A stretch of 64,000 bases of DNA, taken from NCBI GenBank assembly GCA_044892525.1, contig CM097886.1:182640312-182704311 (forward strand), written 5' to 3'. Source of the DNA: Schmidtea polychroa. Taxonomy: Eukaryota. The notes below the pieces were generated by a model that worked only from the letters and a program-made list of their open reading frames with translations, was not told the DNA's origin and did no database searches. A program made the position numbers and the translations under genes. Of this stretch, positions 23,207 to 35,790 are shown piece by piece; position 1 is the stretch's first letter, and each line of letters opens with the position of its first letter.

Positions 23207-25593
23207 ATGGGTAAAAAACAGCATCAAAAAGATAAATTGTAATTAAATAGTTATTTTAATTCTTTTTCAAGCTAATACAATGAATATAGGTGGTTGACAT
23301 GTACTGAATGGAGAACCTTATATGGCGGTAAGAAAACTGTAGATTCTAACAAAAATAGATTTAGACGACTGCCGTTTTATTGCTGCAGTCTAAAATTCGA
23401 TCAAACCACCCACCCCTGTTGCACCAAGGAGGGGATTGTTTTTGATTTACAGTAAACATTATTGGAATTGGAATTTTCTTATTTATCTTTGATATTAGAA
23501 ATATTCTTGAATATATTAAAAAGCATAAAATAAATCCAGTTACGGGAAAAGTAAAAAAAAATATTAATTTATTGTCAACTTTTTTTCCAACTCTTCCAGA
23601 AATTGCAAGCAAAGAATTTAGTGAAATTAACATTTCATAAGAACAATGACGGTGAATATCACTGTCCAATAACGTACAAGCAGTTCAATGATAATTCCCA
23701 CATTGTTGCGGTTCCAAACTCGGGAAATGTCTACTCAATGGAGGTAAATGTTACTGATGGAGTCCATATACAACTACCCCCCCCCCCCCTCCTCCCCCAC
23801 TCACATTTCTTTCTCCTTTAGGGTTTGTCATATTCCAACCTGAAAACCGATATCTGGATCGATCCGTTGACAAAGGAGGAATTCATGAAAAAGGACGTCA
23901 TCACCATTCAAGATCCAAACAATCTCGACAAGTTCAACATGTCAACATTTTACCACACGAATGCCGACAATCCCAATGACGGTTCGATTGATTTCATTGG
24001 CTGTCTTGATCGATTGATTTTATTTCATTTGTTTCTCTATTTTCAGCCGATCGACCGGGCACGACAATCCGGGTGAGCAGCTCATTGGCAGCCGAAACAC
24101 TGAAGGAAGTCCAGGAGGCGTCGAAAAAGCGCGTGGTAACCAAAAAACAGGAGGAAATAATTTTCAAAGATAAAATTAACGAGGTGAAATATTTTAATTT
24201 TTGTTTTCTGTTATTGTTCTTGTTGTCGTTTTAGTTTAACCTGTTGATTTGCTGTGGCAGATCCTTTTATACTTTTGTGGTTGTCCTTGACTATCACTAA
24301 GTCGCTTCTGGGATTTTACTTCCACACAGTAGTTTATTGTTTGGAATGTGAATGATCAGTCGCAATCTTTTAGTTCACTTTCTTTCCATTATTATTTCAT
24401 TTTTTTTTTCTACTTACATTTAAATTGCAATTGTCCCTTTTTTCTCTTTAAATTAATCTTGCATCTTTCTAAATTTTATAAGCTTATTAATATCTAAATA
24501 TTACTTATTATCTTAGGCGAATTATTCTACTGGAAAAGTTTCCGCTTCATTTACATCAACCGTCGCCCCAGTAGCATATATCAACGAAACTGCCGTTTTA
24601 GAGGATGACGTTGTTAGATATTCTCGCGTTAAAGGAAAAGGCTACGTGACCCTGATAACGAACTTCGGCCGAATAAATTTCGAGCTTTATTGTGACCTCG
24701 TTCCAAAAACCTGTGAAAACTTCATAAAACTGTGCCTGTCCAAGTATTACAACAATACGGTTTTCCACCGATTGATTCGTCACTTTGTCCTCCAAGGAGG
24801 AGATCCGACAGGTAAAGGAAACGGTGGACAGTCAATCTGGGGGAAACCGTTTGAGGATGAAATCCTACCGAAACACAGTCACGATTCACGAGGAGTTCTC
24901 TCCATGGCCAATTCTGGCCCTAACAAAAACACATCCCAATTGTAGGAATTATTTTTCCATTCCGTTTTCCCCAGACTTAATTTTAATTTCTTAGCTTCAT
25001 TCTTCTTCGACCAGCAAAACAACTCGATAAGAAACATTCGATTTTCGGAAGGTCTGTTTCTTGTTCTTTAAATTTTCCCCTTCTTAACGGCAAATTATCT
25101 TCCCCAAAATAGAGTTGTCGGAGGAATGAAGGTGCTCGATGAAATCGAGAAAATCGAATCCGATAACAAAGATCGACCGATTGAGCCGATTGAAATCCTG
25201 TGCACAGAAGTGTTTGTTGATCCATTTGAAAAAGTTGATGAAGAGATTCGATTGGAAAGAGAACGAATGCAAGACGCAAAAATTAATCCTCCAATCGATG
25301 AAAGCTTGAAACCGAGAAATAAACGCGAAGAAGAACTGGCAAATGCGAAACAATTGAAAGGCACTAAACAATATTATCACGCACAATCGAAGGCTGTAGC
25401 GAAATATTTTTCCGATACCGCCCAATCAGATGATTCACAGAGTATTCAATCGATAAAAACCAGTGGATTTAAACGTCCACTTCCGGTGACATCGGTTCCT
25501 GACATGGAAGACGAAGAAAGCGAATACGCATTAAAGCTGAAAAGGAAACTTAAATTGACTAGGAATTTAGAAGGATTTCGTCAGGATTTTTAA
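23207..25593 (+). CDS. PPIL2: RING/U-box plus cyclophilin protein PPIL2 (Cyp60), 9 exons: 23207-23238, 23290-23451, 23499-23550, 23600-23743, 23822-23981, 24047-24183, 24517-24941, 24995-25051, 25113-25593
   Basis: Motifs MGKKQHQKDK, FRRLPF, EYHCP, QDPNNLDKFN, YSTGKVSASFTST, PKTCENF, FHRLIRHFVLQGGDPTG, SMANSGPN and LDKKHSIFGRVVGG. Intron phases are consistent. Confidence 0.96.
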
Positions 25594-25734
25594 TTGTTAT
25601 TATTTGAAAATATAATTTGAGATTTTTCTTACTGATTTTATAAAACATTTAACTTACAAATTGTCAATTCAGGTCCCCAGAACAAGAAAAATCAAAATGC
25701 ATTTTATTAAAAATTGTGTTTATTAGCTTAATTA

Positions 25735-25932
25735 CCGTATTAGCCCGAATAAAACGCGATAATTTTTAACATTTTATTTTTATTAAATTTGGGTTTTAAT
25801 TAAAATTATTGTCATGAATATAACCTATGCAGTACTTTTAATTACCTAACCAAACGCTTATCTGATTGAATTTCCCTTAATTTTTAATTTTTTTTCTAAA
25901 TTCTGGATCGCGTTATATTCGGGCTAATACGG
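25735..25932. mobile_element. pogo/Tigger-type MITE
   Basis: 26-bp TIRs CCGTATTAGCCCGAATAAAACGCGAT (1 mismatch) flanked by TA. Confidence 0.88.
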
Positions 25933-26620
25933 TATATAACACTATAACCTAATTATTATTAATTAATTAATTCATAATGAAACTTTTTTAAAAAAAATTT
26001 CAATATTATATGAAAATCGGCTTTGCCCGCCGAAATTTGAAAAGGCCCTTTCAATATCTTGGAATATTACACATATATAAAAATATTTGGTGATATCTGC
26101 ATAAAAACGCACAGGTACTTTTTTATGTATAATATTTGACGTTAAGGCGTATTAAAATAGATCAGCTAATATGGGTTTGTTGTTTTTTAAAAAATATATT
26201 TAAGCGATATACATTTCTTGCTTACCCCATAATTTTTGAATGCAGATTCGCATCGATTTGAAATAGGAAATAGTTTGAATAGGAAACGGGGTTTACTTAA
26301 TATTTAATAAAATTAATATGTGTTTAAGTGGCTGTGATCATTTAAATTTCTTGGAAAATGCGTCTAACACCAGAAAAATTAAATGAAAAAATGACAATAA
26401 AGTTATTAATTTAAAATGCGCCAGGAAAATACATAATAATATAAAAATAAATGGTAAACATTATAATACTTGGTAATAGAATAACAATCACTAAAACCAG
26501 TTTATTTTTGTTACTTTGTAATCCGCTACAAAACTAACTACTTTTTAATTGATACGGCCCTCGATTGCCGTTATAAGAAAAATTTGGCCCTTCATAATAT
26601 TTAGTTGAATACCCATGACC

Positions 26621-29207
26621 TAGGGTTTCTGAAAAACCGGGATTTAAAAAACCGCAGTTTTCGGTCATGAATTAAAAAAAACTGCTGTGAACCGGGGTTT
26701 CTCGGTTTTTAAATTATGTTTGAAATTATGAATTTCAAAACATCAAACCATTGTCTTTTTCGTGGTTTTTGATAGTAAAAAAGCGATAGTGAATATTTAA
26801 AAAAGTATTTAATTATATTTATTTTAGGTGAGACAAAAACTTTAAAAAAGCAAGAGCATTCAGTGATCGATCTGATAAACGTGATCGTATCTTTGTACAA
26901 AAATTGGTACAAATTCAAAATACTCTTTCAACTTCAGTTGATGTTGGCTTTATCGAGAGTAATGCATCGTAAAGTTTTTGCAAATTTTCTGTTCTTTTTC
27001 CTGTGTTCTTATAAAGTATGAACTCTTGCTTGAATAAGATTTGGAATAGTGACTCTTTCCTTCTGCAAAAGTAATTTAAGTTCATCTTTAAGTGAAGTTG
27101 ACACTATAATCTCCAATTTTTGACAATCAACGACGCCAAAAAAGACGAGAAGCCAATTTTCCAGTATAGTTAATTGTATTTTTAGATGGTATATTTGTTG
27201 GATCTTTCAGTCATTGCAATAAATTCATTACTTCATCATTCAATCTTTCATCAGATCTTTTTCCTAAATTCTCATACAACTCAATACTAATGGTATCGTT
27301 AATATCACTTAATTTTCGAAGCATGCATTCCATTACCGTGTCAGCTGTGATTAATGTAGAATCTTCACGGCTTAAAACTTCCACCGCCAGTTTTATTGGA
27401 CCCATTGAACTTTGAAGTGAAGTTAATGCATCAAAATATAATTTGTTTATTATATGAAATGCACTTAGTTCACAAATGTATCAAAAAAGCAGATTTTAGT
27501 TTGAATAAGAGGATCAATCGTATTAGGAATTGAGTTCCATCTGTGTTTAACATCAAGATGCAATTCAATTTCTCGCCCAAACTCAGCGACAACTTTCGTT
27601 TGAAAAACATGATTTTTTAATGGAGAATTCTTAATATATTTTACTACTTCGCGGGAATTTTTCAGCACTTCATGAAAGTCAATTTTATCATCACACTGTT
27701 CATCATTTACCATTTCCAAATCCAAAGTTATATCAACACAGTCAGACTCATCTCTTTGTATAAAGTGTGTCAGTTACGGCTAAATGAATACCATGGTTCA
27801 AGCAATATTGCTCAATGATATTAATTAAGCGCATAAATTTCTTGTTTACAGCAGCCCCATCTTGAGACGATCCAACAACATCTTTTTCAATGCTCACTCC
27901 AAAGGAATTCAAATTTTGTGTAACAATATCCACCATTGATTCAGCAGGCCAAGATCCAAATATGCGAATTATACCTGTTTTTTCATGTCTTTTCCGCCGT
28001 GAAGATTTATGCCAAAGAATCTCCTGACCCGAATTGTTATGTATTCATCAACACTCATGCTAAATTTCATCTCTTTCTCAATTTTGTTTTGATTTCATTT
28101 GTCATTTTACATTTTTTATCATCAAATCATCAAGTAGCTTTATTACATCAGATTCATTAGCTGACAGATTAAATCCATCTTTTTTATGGAAGAACGAATA
28201 AAATGATTGCATGTAATTGCTCTAATTGAAATCCCATCAGTTGCAAGATCAGAAATAATTTCCTTCAATTTTTTCTTTCAACATAGTCCAATATTGTCTT
28301 GACTTTTTCTACTAGAGCTGGCTCATTATTTTCACTACCTTGATTCATTGTAACATCAATTCCGTGCTTGCTTTTGTTGGGTATTTTGTGCAAGTCGGTA
28401 TTACTGTCTGACTCCTTTGTGTTCTTTTCGAAATAAAATAAACAACCCAACACAAAAATCTTTATTTGAGACTAATACAGTTACACTTTGGTTACACTTT
28501 TTGTAATTCAACCACACTTGATACAACCCTTTTTTGGTCTGCACTTTTCAATACAACTACAAATCTTACGCAGGGATAAATCTTCCCCCGGAAAATATTC
28601 ATTTTCAATTTTTGAATTTTTTTGAATTAATATTTTGTACTTTTAATTTTTATTGTGAATTTGCTGTTTTCATTGATTTTCACCTCATTTTTGTACCTCT
28701 CTTGTTGAGCCCCAACACTTTTAAGATGACGAAGAAGTACTTCCACCAGAACATTAATTGCGTTTCCGCATCGATTGCAAATTGCTTCAATCTCTTTCGC
28801 AATGGCATTTTTACGTTTTACTGCATAATTCCAAACCGATGACATTGGTAATGACATATTTAGGGGCTAAAATGTGCATTTTATTCATAACTTTAAATGT
28901 TTATTTAAATATAAACTTACTCTACACTAAAATTTCCAATTTTGGGAATATTTTGGAAAAAGGAAAATTGCACTTTGTGGTAACTTTTCTTTTCAAAAAA
29001 CAAACTATAGCTTAAAATCTAAAATTTCTTTCAATAATTGTAAGTCACGTATAAGATGTAATTTTAATTAAATATTAAATTAATTGATTGCATTGATAAA
29101 ATGATTAGAAAGAAAATAACCGACTAGACGGTTTAATAAAACCGCGGTTTTCGGTTTTAATTATTTTAAAAATAACCGGTTTCGGTTAACCGCGGTCAGA
29201 AACCTTA
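26621..29207 (-). mobile_element. Degraded hAT transposon with a fragmented transposase
   Basis: TIRs TAGGGTTTCTGA/TCAGAAACCTTA and AACCG subterminal repeats at both ends. Minus-strand fragments include a BED-like finger (VWNYA..CNRC), SQDGA, YCLNHGIHL, DVKHRWNS and KPTSTEVERVF. The candidate 8-bp TSD matches only 5/8. Confidence 0.88.
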
Positions 29208-29909
29208 ACTTTACCTATCGAATGATGTATAATTTATAAATTTTAATATTTTTGCTGGTATTTTATTATCTTATTGAACTATTCAATATTTTTTACAATA
29301 GTAGATTTATAGTAGATTAAATCCTTTTAAAAACATAATCTATAACTTCTAGAAAAATTCCAGAACATAAATCCAAAATTCCAACAACTTAAATAAATCC
29401 TGAGACATTGTTCGCGTCTGTGTGCGCACACATAGATAAGTACAGTTCCATACAACATCAGGATTGACCATTTAGAGTCAATATTTATAGTGAAAATTCC
29501 AGCTCAGATCCCCACATTCTTCCAAAACTCCTCCATAACTCAATTTAATACCAAATCCAAACAATTCCGACTACAAACAATGATCATATTGAACTAAAAT
29601 TTCCTTGTTGAATATACTGTACATATGTGATTTAATCGGACTTATTCTATTACTTATTTATTGAAAGTTTGAGATATTTTATTTTTTATGTATTTGATTT
29701 ATGTAGTAATTTATAATCATGCATGTCTTGGCAGGGCTGGACTGGAAACACATTTAGGCCCGGGAAATATCGGTTCCGTAGGCCCACAATATTAAATTTA
29801 AGAAAAAGTACATTAGTAATTTATAAACATAATAAAAATCAAATAATAAAAGTTTTTTTTTAAAAATTGCTACGAAAATCAAAATTAAGTAATTAAAAAT
29901 ATTTAAATA

Positions 29910-31398
29910 TAGGGTTTTCCAACCTATTTAGACACTTTAACGATCAAATTAGACATTTCAAAAAAGTGATATATATTTCACAATCAATTTAGACAATTTT
30001 CCAATCAATTTAGACAATCAATTAAAGAATACTTATTAAACAATTTAAAATATGTCTACATTCCCTCTGCATTTGATACCCATGAATAATAACGAAGAAA
30101 CAGCGGTAAATGACGTAAATGACCGGCACATAAACAATAACGTTATTGACACAAACGAGCCATCATCCCCGGGGGTGAATGCTGTGAGGGACGAATCAAA
30201 TAATGCCTCTGTTGAATTGGAAACGACTGTCAGTGTAGATTCGCGTGTAAAAAAGTATGATACAATTGACCAGCACGCAAGAGAGCGTGTGATTTCGCTT
30301 TATTCTCAGAACATTACGATTTCCAGCATATCTGAAATGGTCGCAATTAAAAGAACAAGTGTATATAATATCGTAAAAAGGTGGGAATCTGAAGGAAGAA
30401 TAACACCACTGAAAAGGGGCGGCGATAAAAGATCGAAGTTGACGCCGAGTGAAAAACAAACTATTAAAGAATGGGTTGATGAAAACCCAATTCTAACACT
30501 GAAAAACTTGGTTGAGATGACGATAAATAATATTGGGAAAAATGTATCTATCCCCACCAATGATCGTTGTTTACGCAATTTCCATTATACTTTGAAATGC
30601 GTAACACTTTCACCGGTTAAGAGAAACGATCCTACGACATTGGAGAAGAGACGTATCTACGCTGAGAGATTTTTAAGTATGCTTTTAAATAATGATGATA
30701 AAGCATTTGTATTTGTAGATGAAGTTGGGTTCCAGGTTTGCACAAGAGTCAAACGGGGGAGGAGTTTAGTTGGTACAAGTGTCATTGTAAATACACCGGC
30801 GACAAGATCTCGCAACATTTCCGTTATTGCAGCAGTATCAAAGTATGAAACTCTAAAGTATGAAATAAATCCAGGTCCTATAAACGGGGAGAAATTTTTG
30901 AGTTATATGGTAGAGTTAAACAATTTAGCGATAAACAAAGGAATTACAGATCCAATTTTTATCATCGACAACGCTCGTATACATCATTGTGCTCGTTTTA
31001 TTTCCATATGTGAAGCTGAAAACATCAAAGTTGTATATCTACCCCCTACTCTCCATTTCTTAACATTATTGAGAATTGTTTCAGTAAATGGAAGAATCAT
31101 GTGCTCAGAGGTAATGCAAGCAACGAAAATGAATTAAATGATTTGATTATGGCAGGATTTGACATCCTAACAAGCGAAGATTGTGGAGGGTATTTCAGGA
31201 GAATGTTAACTTATATCGAAAGAAGTAGAAATATGGAATTGATATATGAATAAAAATGTTGTGGATTTGCCAAACTTATTCTTAATTTTATTGTCTAAAT
31301 TGATTGGAAAATTGTCTAAATTGATTGTGAAATATATATCACTTTTTTGAAATGTCTAATTTGATCGTTAAAGTGTCTAAATAGGTCGGAAAACCCTA
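29910..31398 (+). mobile_element. IS630-Tc1-mariner transposon (DD34E) with long IR-DR-type TIRs
   Basis: 109-bp TIRs (29910-30018, 31290-31398; 1 mismatch) containing repeated CAATCAATTTAGACAAT, with TA flanks. Confidence 0.95.
30052..31253 (+). pseudogene. Tc1-like DD34E transposase with a single -1 frameshift in a C-run near 31045
   Basis: HTH region, FVDEVGF and IIDNARIH. Adding one base gives YLPPYSPFLNIIENCFSKWK...MELIYE*, with 34 residues between the second D and E. Confidence 0.92.
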
Positions 31399-32534
31399 TA
31401 AATATTATTAATTAAACAAGTCTTTAATATTTTACCTTTTCTCTAATTTATATCAATTACTCTATTATTGTCAATTATAGCCATATTGAGAAAAATCAAA
31501 AAATATAGAGGTGATCTCAACAAAGTCTTAAGGGAGAAATTTCAAAAATAAGAAATCAAATTGAAATATTCATAAAAATAATTTATATAATATCTAAAAT
31601 AAAAAGCAGAAAAATTGGTAGCGGTAAAGAATGGGGGGCGATTAAATATTAATTAATTAATATTTCAAAAAGTTAAAATATTAATAATAATATACCATTG
31701 CGACATGTTGAGTCTAACCAGAACCCTTGAAACTAATACCTATAGGGGACAAAATATCTTGTCGGATAAACCTTTTTTAAATATAAATTAATTGATATTT
31801 TTTCTCACCTCCCAATTATTTACTATTACCGAAAAATTAACTAAAATTATAAATTAAATTTTATAATTAAATATAATTAATATTATTTTATTAAAATTTA
31901 ATTATAATAAAAACTGAAAAATATCGAGATAAAAAATATATTTTTACATAAATAAAATCATAATCAACGGAAATGTCTTAAACATAGAAATTGAAAGTTT
32001 CATTTAATTCTAAGGACCCGTTTAAAAATCATTTTAACTGAATCGTAGGAACCCAAAATAAAATTTCTATACGTTTTTATGTAACAGAAAAACGAATGAA
32101 AAAATCTCCCATTGATGGACTTCAAAATGTAGCCGAGATCTGGAATAATCCGTTCACAGAGAATTGTTGAAAGCGTTATGAACAAAAATATGGAAATCAG
32201 AAGGTTCAGAAAAAATGACCTTCCGACCTTTATACACTTGAGAGATTCACTGTTCATCACGACGACGCCGAAATATTTTCAAATTTTAACGACAAATTTA
32301 TGGATTATTAATTAATTATTAATTTGAATTTATTAATTATTTTAAATTTGTAAATTTATTTATTATTTTAAACATACAAGGATTTTTTTTAGTTTATATC
32401 TCTCAAAAATTAATCGTAATTATTCTATTAAAAATAGTTTCAATTGATAATAATTTAATTTTTACTGTATGAATGAAACACTTACATGGCCACTTAAATA
32501 TTTTAAATATGTAGTAAAACCTTTTATATACTGC

Positions 32535-34310
32535 CAGGGCCGTAACAAGGCATTATTGCGCCCTGCGCGGTTCATATATCTGGCGCCCCTAAAACCCGAA
32601 TTCAAATCAGCCTACTATAATAATTACAACATTAATGTTGAGATTGTTAACTATGTATTCATATCCAGCTATTATAATAGGTAGTAATGCTCTTAAAATT
32701 CTGTTGCTACACCTAACCGCGAAAGTTAACATTGTCTATAATATACGTTGGTGTGCACACCAGCTGAGGTGAGTCACCAATTATATGACAATGTTAACTT
32801 AATTTCATTTATTCTATTTTTCAAAAATCATTTTAAGGTAAGTTTTTGAATTGAAGTAATTTTTAGGACTTGAATTTTGATTTTATATAATTATGAGATC
32901 ATTATTCAAGTTCTTAAATATTACTGTTAGTCATCATTTATAATTTATCATTTATAAATATATTAATAATTAAATTTCAGGTGTTTTTTTAGGAAATTTA
33001 TGATATTTTATGCATTATTATGGAATTATTTCGCTAAAATGTAAGTTAAATATTTTTATATTTATAAATAAATAAAGTAATCACCATACACATTTATTTT
33101 TTTAATACATTTAGGGAAAATTTGGCGTACATGAACGAAATAGTTTTTTAAATTTTTATAATCTTCTTTCTGCAGCTCATTGGCTTCGACAAAATCCAAC
33201 AAATTATTTCCCTGTTCTTCTGAAATAATTTGCTTTCTGCCACTTCTTTTTCCTTTTGTAATTTCGGCATATTTCTTATATTTGTAAATTATTGAAATAA
33301 TTGAATTTTTGGGAATTCCGAGCAATCTTCCAAATTCTTTATAATTGTCCCCATTTTCAAATGCATTAATAAGCCGAATTTTGTCTATTTCTGTAATTCT
33401 TTGAAAATATTAATTTGTTAAAATAATTTATTAAAATTTACGATTTGCGATTTTTTTTCTGCAAATTCGAAGTTGTCGAAGGACCTTCTTCAATATTTGA
33501 AATGGTACCTTCACGCAAAGAAATATCTATTATACTGTAAAATATTTTAATATTTTATATTTTAATGAATAAATCTTACATTGTCAGATCTTCAACTTCG
33601 CAAAAAGCCACTGTGTCATGTGAAATATCTGTAAATCTAAAGAAATTTTATATTCCAAATTATTTTATAATTAAATCTTACGATGTATCTTCTTTTTTTT
33701 CCCTAAAGCTCAACTTAGAGCAGTCGGAATCTGATTCAAAAGTTTTTTTGTACATAATTTTTTTAATAATTTAAAAATATTGATATGTTAATTATATGTT
33801 AATCAATCTGAATTTCGCATGAAAAACACTTTACTTAATTTTGTATGTATTTTTCATTATGTGTGCTGTGCTTGTATGCTTAATTATTTTCTCTCACTTT
33901 TTAGATTCCTATAATAAATATGTTAAATTTCGCGGCATTAAATTTCTAAACACAGGTAAGTTTGTGTGTTCCTATAATATATATTTATTGATTTTTTTTT
34001 TAGATTATAGATAATGTTATATTTCGCGGTTAGGTGTAATTGAAAAAATGACAAGAGCCCATTTTGTGGACTAACATTTTTCAAAATACACACCTACGAA
34101 GGCACGCTAATGGACCAGTCCAATCAGCAATGTTAAAGATAGGCTAGTTAGTGTGTCGTTTTTTTCGTTCAGGCCATTTGATAATTTCTTTTATTTATAT
34201 TTTGTTATTTTTTGGTAACATTAAAAAAATGTTACATTCCAATTTTACGCCCCTTTCAGATGTGCGCCCTGTGAGACTGCACCACTCGTACCACCCTTGT
34301 TACGGCCCTG
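32535..34310. mobile_element. Non-autonomous hAT-like element
   Basis: Perfect 16-bp TIRs CAGGGCCGTAACAAGG/CCTTGTTACGGCCCTG with subterminal GCGCCC motifs. No convincing TSD. Confidence 0.7.
33150..33420 (-). pseudogene. Tc1/IS630-like transposase N-terminal HTH remnant
   Basis: RITEIDKIRLINAFENG..LGIPKNSIISIIYKYKKYAEITKGKRSGRKQIISEEQ, the same architecture as the N-terminus of the 30-kb transposase. Confidence 0.65.
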
Positions 34311-35066
34311 TACCAGCACCGTACTATCACAAGTACAACAAGTGCAATCGCACTGGGTCCCTAATTTTGAGAGGCCCCCAAATATTAAATACATTAGAAA
34401 GGTTTCATTAAAATCAATAAAAATGAATGCTGTCCGGTTCAGGCCCCTTGTTCGGAAATCCCTTTGTTAGGAAAAAAATTTTTCAAAATGTTTTCTATTA
34501 TAATAAAATAAATAATTAAATAAGTTGAATAAGTTACTTGATTGAACGAATAGAATTTTTATTCTTGCTAAGTTTAGGAACATAATTTTAATATATCATC
34601 TAAATTATTTTATTTTGAAGAACAATTGCTTTTAAGAAATATATCTTTGAACGTGTCGAATTATGAATTCTCTTAATACCCGAAACACCACGAAAGATAT
34701 TGCTGATAATCACAAAAACATATTTTCCGTAAATTTTTTAAAAATATATACATTTAATGAAATTTTAACTTACCATCTATCTCTAATATGTGCTCTTGTG
34801 CCATAATTTATGCGCTTTGGTGTAACTTAATCCTAAATATATTATTTACTCTCAATGTTTGTTGTTTATTTCATTCTTCGACCAACTGACAATTGGCTAT
34901 TAATGTCATTTCTTTTTATAGGTTTCTCTCGTTCAAATAATTTAATTAAATAATATCAAAACAATTTCATAAAAGGTAAAAAAAAAGCTAGGCGATATTT
35001 TTAGGCGTAATTTTATTTTAAGAAGAACTAATTGTTTTTTCCATTACCGCTCAGGTTTCCCATATA

Positions 35067-35790
35067 TAAGGTGACCTGACGTCCCGCTTTTGGCAGGACA
35101 GTCCCGATTTTTCACGATTTATCCCGCGTCCCGCAAGTTTTTCAAAAGTCCCGACTTTTAGAATTAAGTTAAATTTTATATTTAGGAAAATCATTATTTT
35201 GCATTCTAAGAATCCTACGGACTACTATGACTAACATATTGCTTTTCTTACCCAGTTACATTGTATTTGTTTCTCAGATGATACACCTCGTGTTCGTACT
35301 GCGTGCTAGGAAGCTAATTAAACAAATAAATATTACAAATCTGCTACTTACCATAGAAAATTAAGGTAAGTAATTTATTTATATATTTATATATTTACCA
35401 GGCAATTCATATTTATGTCAAGGAATAAAATATTATACAATTTTTTATATTTATAAATACATAAATTTTCTTAAACTTAGCTTAAAATACTCGTAGTCTT
35501 CAATTTTATATTGATAACAAAAAGTATATCACTGACCCTGATCTTAAAAGAAATTTTAGAAAGAAATATAAAAATAAAATTTTGCAAATATTTTAAGTTA
35601 ATCAAACTAATAATACGTCAAGGAATAAAATATTATACAATTTTTTATATTTTTTATACTTATGTTAAAAATCAAAAAATATTACCATATTATTTTTATT
35701 CTATATGGAAATTTTTGTTGATACCCCCCCCCCCCCCCCCCCTCCTTCAAAGTTGTCCCGCGTTGCCCATCTAAAAATCAGGTCACCGTA
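35067..35790. mobile_element. hAT (Tip100-like) MITE
   Basis: TIRs TAAGGTGACCTGA/TCAGGTCACCGTA, perfect 8-bp TSD CCCATATA and GTCCCG subterminal repeats. Confidence 0.9.

Noticed and set aside
32000-32260. Possible MULE transposase remnant
   Set aside because: Only a vague positional resemblance; the catalytic DGTF motif is absent.
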